A stretch of DNA of 64,000 nucleotides from Candidatus Hydrogenedentota bacterium (GCA_035416745.1 DAOLNV010000002.1:111250-175249); one strand, 5' to 3'. Counted from the first letter of the stretch, positions 19,426-30,300 are shown. Notes: generated by a model not told the origin, from the sequence alone. Translations and numbers: made by a program.

Positions 19426-20706
19426 GTGATGCAGAACGAAAAGCGCAGGCCGCTGGGCAGGATGTTGGAAGTCCTCGGGCCCGGCCTGTTCCTGATCGGC
19501 TATAACATCGGCACCGGCAGCGTGACGACGATGGCTTCGGCGGGTTCGCGCTGGGGGATGTCGTTGACCTGGACGGTGGTACTATCCTGCGTGTTCACCT
19601 ACGTTGGCATCCTCACGTTCGGCCGGTACACGCTCGTCACAGGAGACACGATCCTGTACGCCATCAAGCGAAGGCTTCCCTTTGGCAAGGGTATCAGCCT
19701 GTTTCTGCTTGCCGCCGTGACCATGGCCGAGTTCGCGGGCATCACAGGACTTATGGCCATCATCGTAGACCTTGTGCTTGAATGGATCCGGTTCGCGACC
19801 GGCTACTACAACGGCGCCATCAAATTTCTGGTTACTGGTATAGGCACCGGGCTGCTGTTCTGGGTGTTATGGCGAGGCGGCTACGCCTTTTTGGAAAAAC
19901 TGCTGTCCATATTGGTCGCGGTGATGGGGGTGTCTTTCGTTCTCACGGCGCTTCTGCTTGTACCGTCCTGGCGAGACATTCTGGTGGGCCTCGTGCCGCG
20001 TGTTCCCCAAGAGCCCGGCGCGTCACTGCTTGTGGCCGGGATGGCGGGCACCACGTTCAGCTCGGCCATCCTCTACTGCAGAAGCATCACTTTGAAGCAG
20101 AAAGGATGGAAAGCGGATGACGAGAAACGCTCCCGGACGGACGCGATTGTGTCCGTAGGCACGATGTTTATCCTGAGTATTGCCGTCATGATATGTGCGG
20201 CCGGCACGCTATATATTGCCCGTCAACCCGTCGAAGCCGCTGTTGACATGGTCAGAACAATTGAACCGTTGGCGGGACGGTTCGCGATCACGCTCTTCGT
20301 GGTGGGAATTATCGGGGCGGGGGTCTCCAGTCTCATTCCGACCATTCTGATTGGCCCGTGGCTGATCTCCGACTACACCAATAAGCCCCTCAATCCCCGG
20401 TCGACTTCGAGCAGGGTTCTCGTGTCGATTGGCAGTTTGATCGCGTTAGGCGCTCCGTACTTTCCCCCGACCATCGCCAAACCGGTATTCCTCATGATAC
20501 TTACGATGGCGCTTCTGGCGGTTATTCTGCCGTTTTCAACGATTGCCATAACCGTGCTTCTGAACCAGAAGAAGTATATGGGGGCGCGGGCCAACTCTGC
20601 CGTCATGAACGTAGCGTGCCTGGCCACCATCCTGTTTTCGATGGTGATGTCGTACTACGCCATCATCGGACTCTGGGAGTATGTCCAGACGAAGCTCCCC
20701 GCCTAG
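19426..20706 (+). CDS. NRAMP-fold (MntH-related) membrane transporter with non-canonical substrate-site residues.
   Basis: It has 10-12 predicted transmembrane helices. The N-terminal LGPGLFLIGYNIGTGS aligns with the MntH LGPGFLMSIAYIDPGN. The canonical D-P-G-N is replaced by G-T-G-S, and the TM6 MPH-type motif is absent. Confidence 0.8.
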   Translation: MMQNEKRRPLGRMLEVLGPGLFLIGYNIGTGSVTTMASAGSRWGMSLTWTVVLSCVFTYVGILTFGRYTLVTGDTILYAIKRRLPFGKGISLFLLAAVTMAEFAGITGLMAIIVDLVLEWIRFATGYYNGAIKFLVTGIGTGLLFWVLWRGGYAFLEKLLSILVAVMGVSFVLTALLLVPSWRDILVGLVPRVPQEPGASLLVAGMAGTTFSSAILYCRSITLKQKGWKADDEKRSRTDAIVSVGTMFILSIAVMICAAGTLYIARQPVEAAVDMVRTIEPLAGRFAITLFVVGIIGAGVSSLIPTILIGPWLISDYTNKPLNPRSTSSRVLVSIGSLIALGAPYFPPTIAKPVFLMILTMALLAVILPFSTIAITVLLNQKKYMGARANSAVMNVACLATILFSMVMSYYAIIGLWEYVQTKLPA

Positions 20707-21442
20707 AGCGACGGCTGGAAAGAGACCAAACGTCTGGAAGCGCCGGGGCACGGTGATGTTGAAATCGCGTAGCCGTCAGGATTGGCATCAAAGCATTGCG
20801 TGTCCGTCGCTGGATACTTATCCGCTAGGGACTTACCAGCCGGGATCTTCAGTCAAGGGGCGCATAATCCGGATCCGTTATCCGCTGGTTATCTTGACCA
20901 AAAGCCATGGACTCTCTTCCGCCGAGCAACGCCTGGGACTTCAGGGACTAAACCCCGTCCGTGGTGTGTTCTTGGGGTAATACCTCGTTTCGTGTGTCGA
21001 GCAGGGCGAAACAGACCGTAAGGATAAGACTTCGGGCCCGGGCGGGTCGGGAATGTCCGAAGACGTTGGGAATCTGCAATGAACAGGGCGAAAGCCAGAG
21101 AACATCCCAAGATTGCTTTGACCATGATTGCCGCCGCCATCCTTGGCGTACAGTCTTTTGGCGCAGCGGACACATCAACGTCCTTGGCCGTGGATATTGG
21201 GCTTGGACCAAAGTCCGGCGGCGAAGATTGGCATCAAATGGCGATCTGGGTCCAGTGTCTGGCGCGATTACGCGGGCACCAAGACAGCCGTTCTACTTCT
21301 TACTGCAGCAACCAGCCTGTCATTGAGTCGTTTCCGGCATGTCAAGCTGTTGAAGCTGGCGCACAAATACGGTGGCTTCGTGCTTGTCGTGATAGCGTTG
21401 ACGCGCGGAGTTCGCGCTTTGTTTTTCGCGGGAAATTGGGCC

Positions 21443-22120
21443 ATGACACGCACGACAAGGAATGAAACGGAATTCCCCGATGTCCTCCCGACCCGGGGGC
21501 GTGTATTGGCGAAAGCCGCAGCCGTGTATGATTGGGTTCAACCATTCGTCACGCTGGGCCAGGAAACCAAGTTGAACCATTGGGTGGCGGACAGTCTCGC
21601 GCTCGATGGGGAAGAGTATGTACTGGATATAGGCTGCGGCACGGGTTTGTTGACGGTTGCGATTGCGGAACGGTATCCGCGCGCAACCGTGGTGGGCATT
21701 GATGCTTCAAAACCGATGATTCGCGTGGCCAACCGCAAGCGGAGGCGCGACAACTGCAACTACCGCCAGGCGCTGGCCGAGGAATTGCCCTATGATGCGG
21801 AGACCTTCGATGCGGTCACATCAGCCCTTTTCTTTCACCACGTGGACCGTGAACTCAAAGTGCGTTGTTTGTGTGAAGTGTTGCGCGTCTTGAAACCGGG
21901 CGGCAGGCTCATCGTGGCGGACATGGATCGGCCGTACACGGCGCTTGGGCGGGCGATGTCGGTGGTCGCGTGGCGCCTGTTTCGGCAACCAGAGATCAAA
22001 GAAAACATGGATGGAATAATGAGGTCGCTTATTCCCGAAGCAGGATTTGTGGACATGGTTGAATTGGCTCGGTTTTCGGGGTACATCAGCGTCCTGTCCG
22101 CAAGGAAACCTCAGGTATGA
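21443..22120 (+). CDS. Class I SAM-dependent methyltransferase (UbiE/COQ5-like, Methyltransf_11 type).
   Basis: It has SAM-binding motif I (VLDIGCGTGLLT), post-I acidic (GIDAS), and motif II/III (FDAVTSALFFHHV...VLKPGGRLIV). The start could lie further upstream in the same frame (ORF from 21128). Its stop overlaps the next gene's ATG (ATGA). Confidence 0.75.
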   Translation: MTRTTRNETEFPDVLPTRGRVLAKAAAVYDWVQPFVTLGQETKLNHWVADSLALDGEEYVLDIGCGTGLLTVAIAERYPRATVVGIDASKPMIRVANRKRRRDNCNYRQALAEELPYDAETFDAVTSALFFHHVDRELKVRCLCEVLRVLKPGGRLIVADMDRPYTALGRAMSVVAWRLFRQPEIKENMDGIMRSLIPEAGFVDMVELARFSGYISVLSARKPQV

Positions 22121-23160
22121 AAGACGCACTACGTACGCTTGCGGGTTGCCCTGTGTGGGCAGAGAGCCTTGAAATCCAGCAGGAGACCGTGCGGGCCTTT
22201 CATCGTCGATGTGCGAGTATCCTTGGCGGCTCATGTGGTTTGAGGCCGCTGGAAGAACGGCTGCTCCTTCCGGAGCGCAATCTTTTCTCAACGCTGTTTA
22301 TAGCAGCGGCAAAGTCGTTGGGCTTGTCTGACGCCAAGGTCCGATTTTATGCGATGGTGAATCAGTGCATACGGGCGCTGGTAACCGGATGCGACAATCT
22401 GTTGGACGACGAATACAAGGAGGTCATTCCGTTCGATTTGCCAGGCGACGGAACCCGGTTTCGTTCCGTGCTTATGGTCATGACGGCTGACCGCGTGCTC
22501 TCGGAGCTGGCCGCCAAGATGATGCATGAAGGCCGGTTCTCGTTGGCTCAGGCGAATCGGCTCATGCGCACGGCAGTTCGGGTCTTAATGCCGAGCGGAC
22601 TCGAGGAGCACGAGGAAGAATCAGGGGCGGCAAGGACCGTACCGACACCCGAAGCCATATGTGACGATGTGCATTATCGCAAGACCGGCCTGCTGTTTGA
22701 AGCGCCTTTGTCTCTCATTGAGGAAATGGGCGACGCATACGCAGGGCAGACACGATGCGCAAGAGAGGCATTGAGCGGTCTCGGGCTGGCCTGCCAGGCG
22801 CTGGACGACATCAAGGATATCGCGCGGGATCTGCAACGAGGGCAACATAACGCCGTGGTTTCGTATGCTTATTACGGCGGATCGGAGGCGGAACGGGGCC
22901 TTCTGCTATCGTTCCTGCGGCCGGGCGCAGGCGCCCTGCCGTCCCCCGAACACGTCGCGGCCGGGTTGATTACCGCGCGCTCCAGGACATTTGCGCATGC
23001 CGCGCAGCTCTTCGATGAGGTGGAAACGATGCTGTGCACCGCCATCCCAGGTTTCGAAAAGGAGCACGCTGTTGCGTTGACCGGCGCCATCAGGGGAACG
23101 TTGGGATTTGACCCCGATCCCGTATGGCGCCATGCCGCCAAACAGGAGATTCTCGTGTGA
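22117..23160 (+). CDS. Squalene/phytoene synthase-family (SQS_PSY, head-to-head prenyl transferase-like) protein.
   Basis: The first Asp-rich segment is RFYAMVNQCIRALVTGCDNLLDDE (compare YAFCRxADDIVD). The second motif is GLACQALDDIKDIARDLQRGQ (compare GxAFQLTNILRDVxEDxxRGR). The isoprenoid-synthase fold pattern is all-helical. It is 347 aa. The family call is by motif only. Confidence 0.65.
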   Translation: MKDALRTLAGCPVWAESLEIQQETVRAFHRRCASILGGSCGLRPLEERLLLPERNLFSTLFIAAAKSLGLSDAKVRFYAMVNQCIRALVTGCDNLLDDEYKEVIPFDLPGDGTRFRSVLMVMTADRVLSELAAKMMHEGRFSLAQANRLMRTAVRVLMPSGLEEHEEESGAARTVPTPEAICDDVHYRKTGLLFEAPLSLIEEMGDAYAGQTRCAREALSGLGLACQALDDIKDIARDLQRGQHNAVVSYAYYGGSEAERGLLLSFLRPGAGALPSPEHVAAGLITARSRTFAHAAQLFDEVETMLCTAIPGFEKEHAVALTGAIRGTLGFDPDPVWRHAAKQEILV

Positions 23161-24341
23161 TGTTCTGGTTGCGGTTCGCGTTTCGTTCGTGTGTGCGGCG
23201 GCGCAAGAGGACGGGTATCACCCTGCTTGGGGTTGCGTTCGCCGTAGGCACGCTGGTGGTGCTCGGAGCGATCATGGTGGGCGTGAACGACACGATGATC
23301 GAAAATGCCGTGGCCATGCACGCGGGGCATGTAGCGAGCGTTGCGGGGCCCATGCCGATGCACGACGCGCTGGACCGCGCCCGGACACCCGAAGACCCGG
23401 CAGGAGACTTGGAATTGGCCGGCACTCTGCGCCGTTGCCGGTTCAGCGCAATGCTCAAAAGCGACCATGGAACACTACCCGCGACGATTTGGGCGGTCGA
23501 CCCGAAACGGGAAGCCCTGTTTACGCCCATTGAGCGCGCCATGGTGAACGGCCAGTATCTGGCAGCCCCCCTGGACCTTCTGATTGGAAAAGCGGCTGCA
23601 GAAGAGCTTTCCTTGAACGTAGGCGATTCGGTGCTCGTCACGACGCCGTCGGAGCAGTGGGAACGGCGTGTTGGCGGGATCTACAGTTCCGGCATTGGCG
23701 CCTTTGACCTCGGGGTCTCGTTCATGACGCTTGAGGCCGCATCCGAGTTGAATGAACCGCAGGTGTTCTTTGAAAAGGCGTACTTTCTGCTTCGGGGAGC
23801 CGACCCTGAAAATGTCCGCACCCGCCTGTCCGATGCTGCAGCAGCGGACGAGAAGTTGTCGACATGGCCGGAGCTCTTGCCGGAAGTGGCACAGTTAGTG
23901 GACCTGAACGCGTTTTCAATGAGCATCATGATTGCGCTTGTGGTGCTCATCTTGGGTTTTGGTGTTGCGAACGCGCTGCTGATCTCGGTAATGGATCGAT
24001 ACCGGCATTTCGCGGTCTTGAAGGCGATTGGAGTGCGTCCGAGCGAAGTGATTCGAATCGTCGTGTTCGAAGCGCTGCTGATGTGTCTGGCGGCCGGACT
24101 GCTCGGTACGGGGCTGGGCTGGGCGATTGGTACCGCATGGGGCCATGTGGGCCTCGATCTGTCGGCATACACTTCCTCCAATCCCCACTTCAGCGTGAAT
24201 CCGATCGTCTACCCGCGTGTCACACCCTTCATGACCTTTGCTCCTCAGGCACTTGCGCTGTGCGCCGCGGCCGGCGCAGCTATCTGGCCTGCCATAGTGG
24301 CGGCGCGAAGGCCCGTGAGCCATGCGATGAGGGACATATGA
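23160..24341 (+). CDS. ABC transporter permease of the FtsX/MacB/LolCE family.
   Basis: The N-terminal MFWLRFAFRSCVRRRKRTGITLLGVAFAVGTLVVLGAIMVG is a typical FtsX-family first TM. It has a large extracytoplasmic domain and three C-terminal TMs. There is a TGATG overlap with the upstream gene. Confidence 0.8.
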   Translation: MFWLRFAFRSCVRRRKRTGITLLGVAFAVGTLVVLGAIMVGVNDTMIENAVAMHAGHVASVAGPMPMHDALDRARTPEDPAGDLELAGTLRRCRFSAMLKSDHGTLPATIWAVDPKREALFTPIERAMVNGQYLAAPLDLLIGKAAAEELSLNVGDSVLVTTPSEQWERRVGGIYSSGIGAFDLGVSFMTLEAASELNEPQVFFEKAYFLLRGADPENVRTRLSDAAAADEKLSTWPELLPEVAQLVDLNAFSMSIMIALVVLILGFGVANALLISVMDRYRHFAVLKAIGVRPSEVIRIVVFEALLMCLAAGLLGTGLGWAIGTAWGHVGLDLSAYTSSNPHFSVNPIVYPRVTPFMTFAPQALALCAAAGAAIWPAIVAARRPVSHAMRDI

Positions 24342-25075
24342 CGCCGAACGCAGCCATATCGCTCGAGAATGTGACACGCCGTTTCCTGACGGGGGGACAG
24401 CCTTTCGCCGCGATAGACAATGTCTGTCTGGACGTGCGGCCTGGGCAACGGCTTGCGTTGGTAGGCCCGAGCGGTTCCGGCAAGACGACGCTGTTGAACC
24501 TGATGGGAGCGTTGGATCGTCCGGATAGCGGCACGGTTCATTGCCTGGGCATCGAGTTGTCTGGCATCTCCGAAAGAAAAACAGCTGCATTTCGGCGCGC
24601 GCGCCTGGGATTCATTTTTCAGCAAGATGCGCTCATGCCGGAACTCACCGTCCGAGAGAACGTCGAGCTGCCCCTGGTGCTGTTAAGGAAAGAGCCGGCC
24701 GCCCGAAGATCCAAGGTCGGCCTCCTGCTTGAATCGCTTGGTCTTGCCGAAAAGGCGGCCGAGCTTCCCGCCGTGCTTTCGGCGGGTGAGAAACAGCGGG
24801 TGGCCGTTGCGCGAGCGGTAGTACATGACCCGGATGTCCTCCTGGCAGATGAACCGACGGCCAACCTCGACGGAGCGACGGCTGGACGGGTCCTCGACAC
24901 CATCGAGGCATTGGCGGGCCAGAAGAGCTTGACCGTTGTCTTGGCAACGCACGACGCGCGGGTATTTGGCCGGTTCGAGGCGATTGCCCGGCTGGAAGAC
25001 GGCCGGTTGGTGGAAGTGCGCACGGCGAAGGCAACAGAGGAGATCCGGGCCGTGGGCCATGCAGAGCTTTTTTGA
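24338..25075 (+). CDS. ABC transporter ATP-binding protein (MacB/LolD-type).
   Basis: It has Walker A (GPSGSGKTT), a Q-loop, the ABC signature (LSAGEKQRVAVARA), Walker B (LLADEP) and an H-loop (ATHD). There is an ATGA overlap with the permease. Confidence 0.85.
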   Translation: MTPNAAISLENVTRRFLTGGQPFAAIDNVCLDVRPGQRLALVGPSGSGKTTLLNLMGALDRPDSGTVHCLGIELSGISERKTAAFRRARLGFIFQQDALMPELTVRENVELPLVLLRKEPAARRSKVGLLLESLGLAEKAAELPAVLSAGEKQRVAVARAVVHDPDVLLADEPTANLDGATAGRVLDTIEALAGQKSLTVVLATHDARVFGRFEAIARLEDGRLVEVRTAKATEEIRAVGHAELF

Positions 25076-25291
25076 TGGGGGCATTATCCTGACACGCCGC
25101 CTCTGCTTCGCAGTCGGGGCGTGCGATGCTCTCCTCAACGTGTCGCCGGGAGCCCTGGGACTGAAGATCGCGGTCAGTCTGCAACAAGACTCCTCCGGCC
25201 GTGACCTGGACCTCGATGACAATGAAATACCCGTATCTGATGTATTCAGCATTGCACATGGTCATCAGGAGCTCATTGAAGCCGCCGGCGT

Positions 25292-26842
25292 TCACTTCGG
25301 AGCAGGCCGCGCCCAGCGTTGCGGCGGCAGGTGGCGGAAGTCAATATCGAGCGTGTCATTGCGTTGCGGCGCGCCCGGCGTGCTGCGCCCTTCGTCCACG
25401 TAAGACTCGAGCAGCACGGTCAGGCGCTGTACAATATCCGGGTGCTGGCTGCTCACGTCTTCTGTTTCGGCGATATCGTTCGCGAAATCATACAGCTCAA
25501 ATTTGGGGTCGCCCTCCTTCTCGGAGAGAATGACCAGCTTCCAGGGACCTTGTCGAATCGCGAAGCCTCCTCGGACACTGTGGTGCACGAGGGCTTCACG
25601 CAACGGCCGCCTCGCTCGTCCGACAAACGCGGGCAACATGTTCACGCTGTCTTCGGCCGCGTTATCCGGCAGCTTTTCGCCGACAATCGCGGCGCACGTG
25701 GCCATCACGTCATTCAAGCTGATGAGCTGGCTGCACCGGGACCCGGCCTTCACCTTGCCCGGCCACCGGACGATGAAGGGCACTCGGTGGCCGCCTTCCC
25801 AGATTTCGCCTTTCCAACCGCGATAGGGGCCGCTGGGCCGATGACCGTGTTCTACCAGCAACTCCCAGCCGGTATAGTGCGAATGACCATTGTCCCCAGC
25901 GAATATCACGAGCGTGTTCTCCGCGACTCCGGCTTCACTCAACGCGTTTATGACTTGCCCCGCCGACCAGTCCGTCTCCATCAAGAAATCGGCGATTGGG
26001 GCGATGCCGCTCTTGCCCTTGAACTGCTCGGACGGCGAGATCGGTTCATGCGGCGACGTCATGGGGAAATAAAGAAAGAACGGCCTCTTGCTGGAGGCCT
26101 GCTCGTGAATGTAGCCCACCGCACGTTCGGTGAGGGCCGGTAAGATCCGATCGAAACGCCAGCCCGGGGCCATCGGCGCGTTGTCGAACCCGATATGAAT
26201 CGCGGGGTCTGGCTTGTTCTTGCCAGTCGGCTGCACCGTTACCCGGTCGTTCTCGATGAAGGCGAACGGGGGAAAATTCGGTACGTCCGTGCCGAAGTAG
26301 TAATCGAAGCCTCGAGTGGTGGGCCCCGACCCGATCGGCACGGTGAAATCGGCTTTCTTTGCGCGACCTTCCCCGTCGCCGGCCCAGTCCCAGCCAAGGT
26401 GCCACTTGCCGATGCACGCCGTATGATAGCCGTGAGTCCGGAGAAGTTGCGGCAGGGTTAAGCGGTCGGGTGCGATGAGCGGCGGCTCGTAGGCGTCAAG
26501 CACCCATTCCTGCAGCCGCGTCCGCCAACAGTAACGCCCTGTCAGCAAACCGTAGCGGCTGGGCGAACATACCGCTGAAGCGCTGTGCGCGTCGGTGAAG
26601 ACGACCCCCTCATGAACCAGACGATCAAGATTCGGCGTCGGGATTGGATTGCCGGGCGTAAGCGCCTGAATATCGCCCACCCCGAAGTCGTCCGCGATAA
26701 TTACTACGATATTTGGAGGAGGGCGCCTTTCCGTAACTGTCGTGCGGGTTGTTGTGCACGCCGCCGCGAACAGTGCCGGCGCCGCCGCAACAAATTGCCG
26801 GCGATTGATGAGACCCGAATCGGGTTTTCCGTGATTGTTCAT
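25292..26842 (-). CDS. Arylsulfatase-family sulfatase (formylglycine-dependent) with a TAT signal.
   Basis: It has the C-x-P-x-R motif (CSPSRYGLLTGRY), GKWHLG, and a twin-arginine signal (RRQFVAAAPALFAAA). The ATG at 26842 (MNNHGK) is preceded by GAGGGGGTGG. Confidence 0.85.
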   Translation of the reverse strand: MNNHGKPDSGLINRRQFVAAAPALFAAACTTTRTTVTERRPPPNIVVIIADDFGVGDIQALTPGNPIPTPNLDRLVHEGVVFTDAHSASAVCSPSRYGLLTGRYCWRTRLQEWVLDAYEPPLIAPDRLTLPQLLRTHGYHTACIGKWHLGWDWAGDGEGRAKKADFTVPIGSGPTTRGFDYYFGTDVPNFPPFAFIENDRVTVQPTGKNKPDPAIHIGFDNAPMAPGWRFDRILPALTERAVGYIHEQASSKRPFFLYFPMTSPHEPISPSEQFKGKSGIAPIADFLMETDWSAGQVINALSEAGVAENTLVIFAGDNGHSHYTGWELLVEHGHRPSGPYRGWKGEIWEGGHRVPFIVRWPGKVKAGSRCSQLISLNDVMATCAAIVGEKLPDNAAEDSVNMLPAFVGRARRPLREALVHHSVRGGFAIRQGPWKLVILSEKEGDPKFELYDFANDIAETEDVSSQHPDIVQRLTVLLESYVDEGRSTPGAPQRNDTLDIDFRHLPPQRWARPAPK

Positions 26843-27371
26843 AGGCCACCCCCTCGGCACACCCATGCTGGCACGGGCTTGATTTCGATGTCAATGGCGA
26901 TGGTTCGGAGTTATCCGTTTCCGTCACGACGGCCCGGAGCCCGGCCATGTCCTGGTTGTTTCGCGCGTCAGGCGGAATCGCATAATTAAATCGCCGGAAC
27001 CGAGCCTCCGAATCCAGGAGCCGCTTGCACTGCTAACGAAAGGCTGTATCGTGCCTTACGAGGATGGATACACCCTTGCATACGGTCCAGACCGTGGCCC
27101 CTCGAATCCGGAAAATCCTGACAGGAGTCTTGACTTTTGGGCTCTTGACTTCGGGTCAATTCCCGCGAAACTGGTGGCCAAGTAGTCATAAACCCTTGTT
27201 GTTGAATCGTGATGTGTTCTCGAAGACCATACGCGATATGAGATTCGTGATTGACGTTTGGGCCTCCGATCGGCACCATAGTAAGCGTGTGGGTACAGAT
27301 GAATGCTGGCCGGTTTATAGGGTAGACTTGCCGGAGTGATTTGAGGCGGTTCAGGGGAAGGGGTTTTATCC

Positions 27372-30300
27372 ATGAGATCGCGATTGTTGTCCACAGCGTG
27401 TGTCGCCGTCTTGAGCGTTGTCTGCGCGGCGATTTTTGTGGGGTGTCCAGCCGGCCAGAATGCGTCCGTGGCCCTGATTGTCTCTCCAACGTCTCTGGAT
27501 TTCGGCACTTCCGAAACGTCATTGACCTTCGAGGTGCGAAAGAATTACACCAGCGTTCCGCTGGGGCAGTTCCGGGTCTCGAGCGGCAATGCGTGGGTCG
27601 CCGTTTCTCCCGAGACCGGCACAAGTACCGGCCCCGACGATCCGGTCACCATCACGGTTACCCTTGACCGTAACCTCATGAATGTGGGCTCGAACACCGG
27701 CACAATCAATGTGACCGCCGAAGGGGTTTCCCGAGTGCAGGTGCTGGTCCAGGCCACGCGACAGCTAGGGGCATCCTTCTCCGTGAGCAGTAACACTGCT
27801 TTTACCGATGAGGAGCTGCAATTCACCGATCATTCGCAAGTTGTTGCTGACGCTCCGGCCATTGTCAGTTGGTTGTGGGAGTTCGGCGACGGCGCGTCCA
27901 GCACGGAGCAGAATCCCCGGCATGCATATGCATCCGAGGGCTCTTACGACGTCTCGCTTACCGTATCCAACGACAACGAGACTGCAATGCTGACAAGGCG
28001 CGGGTATGTCTTGGTGAGCGCCAAGCGCCCGCCGTCCGCCGAATTTGCTGCCGATCCGGTCAACACGTCTCCCGGCGTGAGCGTTCAGTTCACCAGTCTT
28101 TCGAGTCCGGGCACTAGTGCCATCACCTCTTACGCGTGGGATTTCGGCGACGGGGGGTCGAGCGCGGCCGAGAACCCCGTGCATGCTTACAGCAGTATCG
28201 GCACTTATAGTGTGTCTCTAACCGTTCAGACCGCACACGGCCAGGACACGGTGACCAAACAGAACTATATCACCGTTGAGCCGGTGGCCCCCGAAGCGGC
28301 GTTCTCCGCGGTGTCCCGCGAGCCGGTTCCGGGCCCTTCGGGTGCTGTTGTGGTTTTCCAAGACGAATCCATAGCGGGAACCTTCCCCATTGTCGAATGG
28401 TTCTGGGAGTTCGGCGACGGCTCGACGAGCACGGAAACCGACCCCCAGCACGCGTATCAGGAGCTGGGCGTCTTTACCGTATCCTTGACTGTCACGTCTG
28501 AAAACGGCCAGACGGACACGGAGACGAAAGAGAATTACATCACCGTTGTGCCGGTCCAGGTGCCTTCGGTGGAAGGTTTACCACAGGCGGCCGCGGAATC
28601 GGCGATCCGCGCGGCAGGCTTGGTGGTAGGCGCGGTGACACAGGCCCATAGCAGGACCGTGCCTCTGGGCAGTGTGATCAGTCAGGACCCGGCGGCGGGC
28701 ACCCTGGTGCGTCCGGGCAGCGCTGTGGCCCTTGTGGTATCGGCCGGGGTTTCGCCCGCGGATTTCAGCGCGGTCCGAACGCTGGGCGAACCGCCTCTGA
28801 CGGTTTCTTTCCAGACCCTTTCCGAAAACCCGGATACGCCCATAAGGTCGTGGTTGTGGAACTTCGGCGACGGCACGTCAGGCACAGACCAGTATCCTGT
28901 GCACGTGTACACCAGACCCGGTGGCTATACTGTGTCATTGACGGTCGCCACGGCGGCGGGCACATTCACGGCTGTGAGGGAGGGCTATGTTCAAGTGGCG
29001 AATGCCGACACCCCGGCTACGGGGGCGATAGACCTCACGAACGCCGTGTTGGCCTTGAACCCGGGACCGCTGCAGACAGCGGAAGACAAAGCCGCTGCAG
29101 CACTTGTGGAGGAGGTCCAGTCGCGGACGGGGCTGCTCTGGCCGGCTGTTGACACCTGGCCGGATTCGGGCACGGTCATTGCCCTGACGGCCCAACCGGA
29201 ACACCCCGCGCTGTCTGCCGAGGGATATCACCTCTTTGTGGAGGCGCGCACAACGGGTCCTACGGTAGTCTGGGCCATTGGCGCGGACCCGCGCGGCGTG
29301 TTGTATGGCGTGGGTAAGCTGCTGCGCAGCCTGGATTGGACCACGGGCGCTGCCACGCTTCCGGCCGCGCCCAATATCACCACTGCGCCCGCATTCCCAC
29401 TGCGGGGACATCAAATTGGGTACCGCAACACGGCCAACAGCTACGACGCATGGGATGTAGCGCGGTATGAGCAGTACATCCGCGAATTGGTGCTATTCGG
29501 GGCAAATGCCATCGAGAATATCCCGTTCGAGCCCGCGGACAACAGCGTCCATTTCTCCATTCCTCCCGCGGAGATGGCGGCTTCCCTGAGCCAGCTATGC
29601 CAGGACTACGACATCGAGTATTGGGTATGGACCCCGGCCGATTTTGACTTGCAGGACCCGGTGCAGCGCGCCGCGGGTTTGGCCGAGCAGGAGCAACTGT
29701 ATAAGGACTGCGTGCGTATCGACGGCGTGTTTGTGCCGGGCGGCGATCCGGGCTCAAACTCCCCGGACTTGGTGATGGCCTTCTTGGAAGACCTGGCCGA
29801 ACTGTTGCATGAAGGCCACCCGGATGCGGGCGTCTGGGTCTCGAACCAGGGGTTCGAGCATGCGCAGAATGACTGGTTCTTCAACTACCTCGATAGGGAG
29901 CGGCCCGATTGGCTTGCGGGAGTGGTGTTCGGCCCATGGACCAAACATTCGCTGGCTGAGCAGAGGATGCGCACGCCAGCCCAGTATCCCATCCGGCACT
30001 ATCCCGACATCTGCCACAATGTCCGCTGTCAATACCCGGTGGACCAGTGGGACGAGGCGCTTGCACACACATTGAACCGCGAGGCGCCCAACCCGCGCCC
30101 GGCTGAATTTGCCCATGTCCACAACTGGACCGCACCCGATACGACGGGGTTCCTGAGCTATTCGGATGGGATAACCGACGATGTGAACAAGATTGTATGG
30201 ACCATGCGAGGATGGGACCCGGCGATCTCCGTCGAGGAGATCCTGACCGATTATGCGCGGTTCTTCTTTGGTCCTGAGGCGGCGGATACCGCTGTTGACG

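Noticed and set aside
21079-21465. 128-aa plus-strand ORF (MNRAKAREHPKIALTMIAAAILGVQSFGA...)
   Set aside because: Only the first ~45 aa look protein-like. The remainder is Arg/Cys/Ser-rich low-complexity. It overlaps the alternative frame leading into the methyltransferase. I kept it as an ambiguity in the findings and did not annotate it as a CDS.
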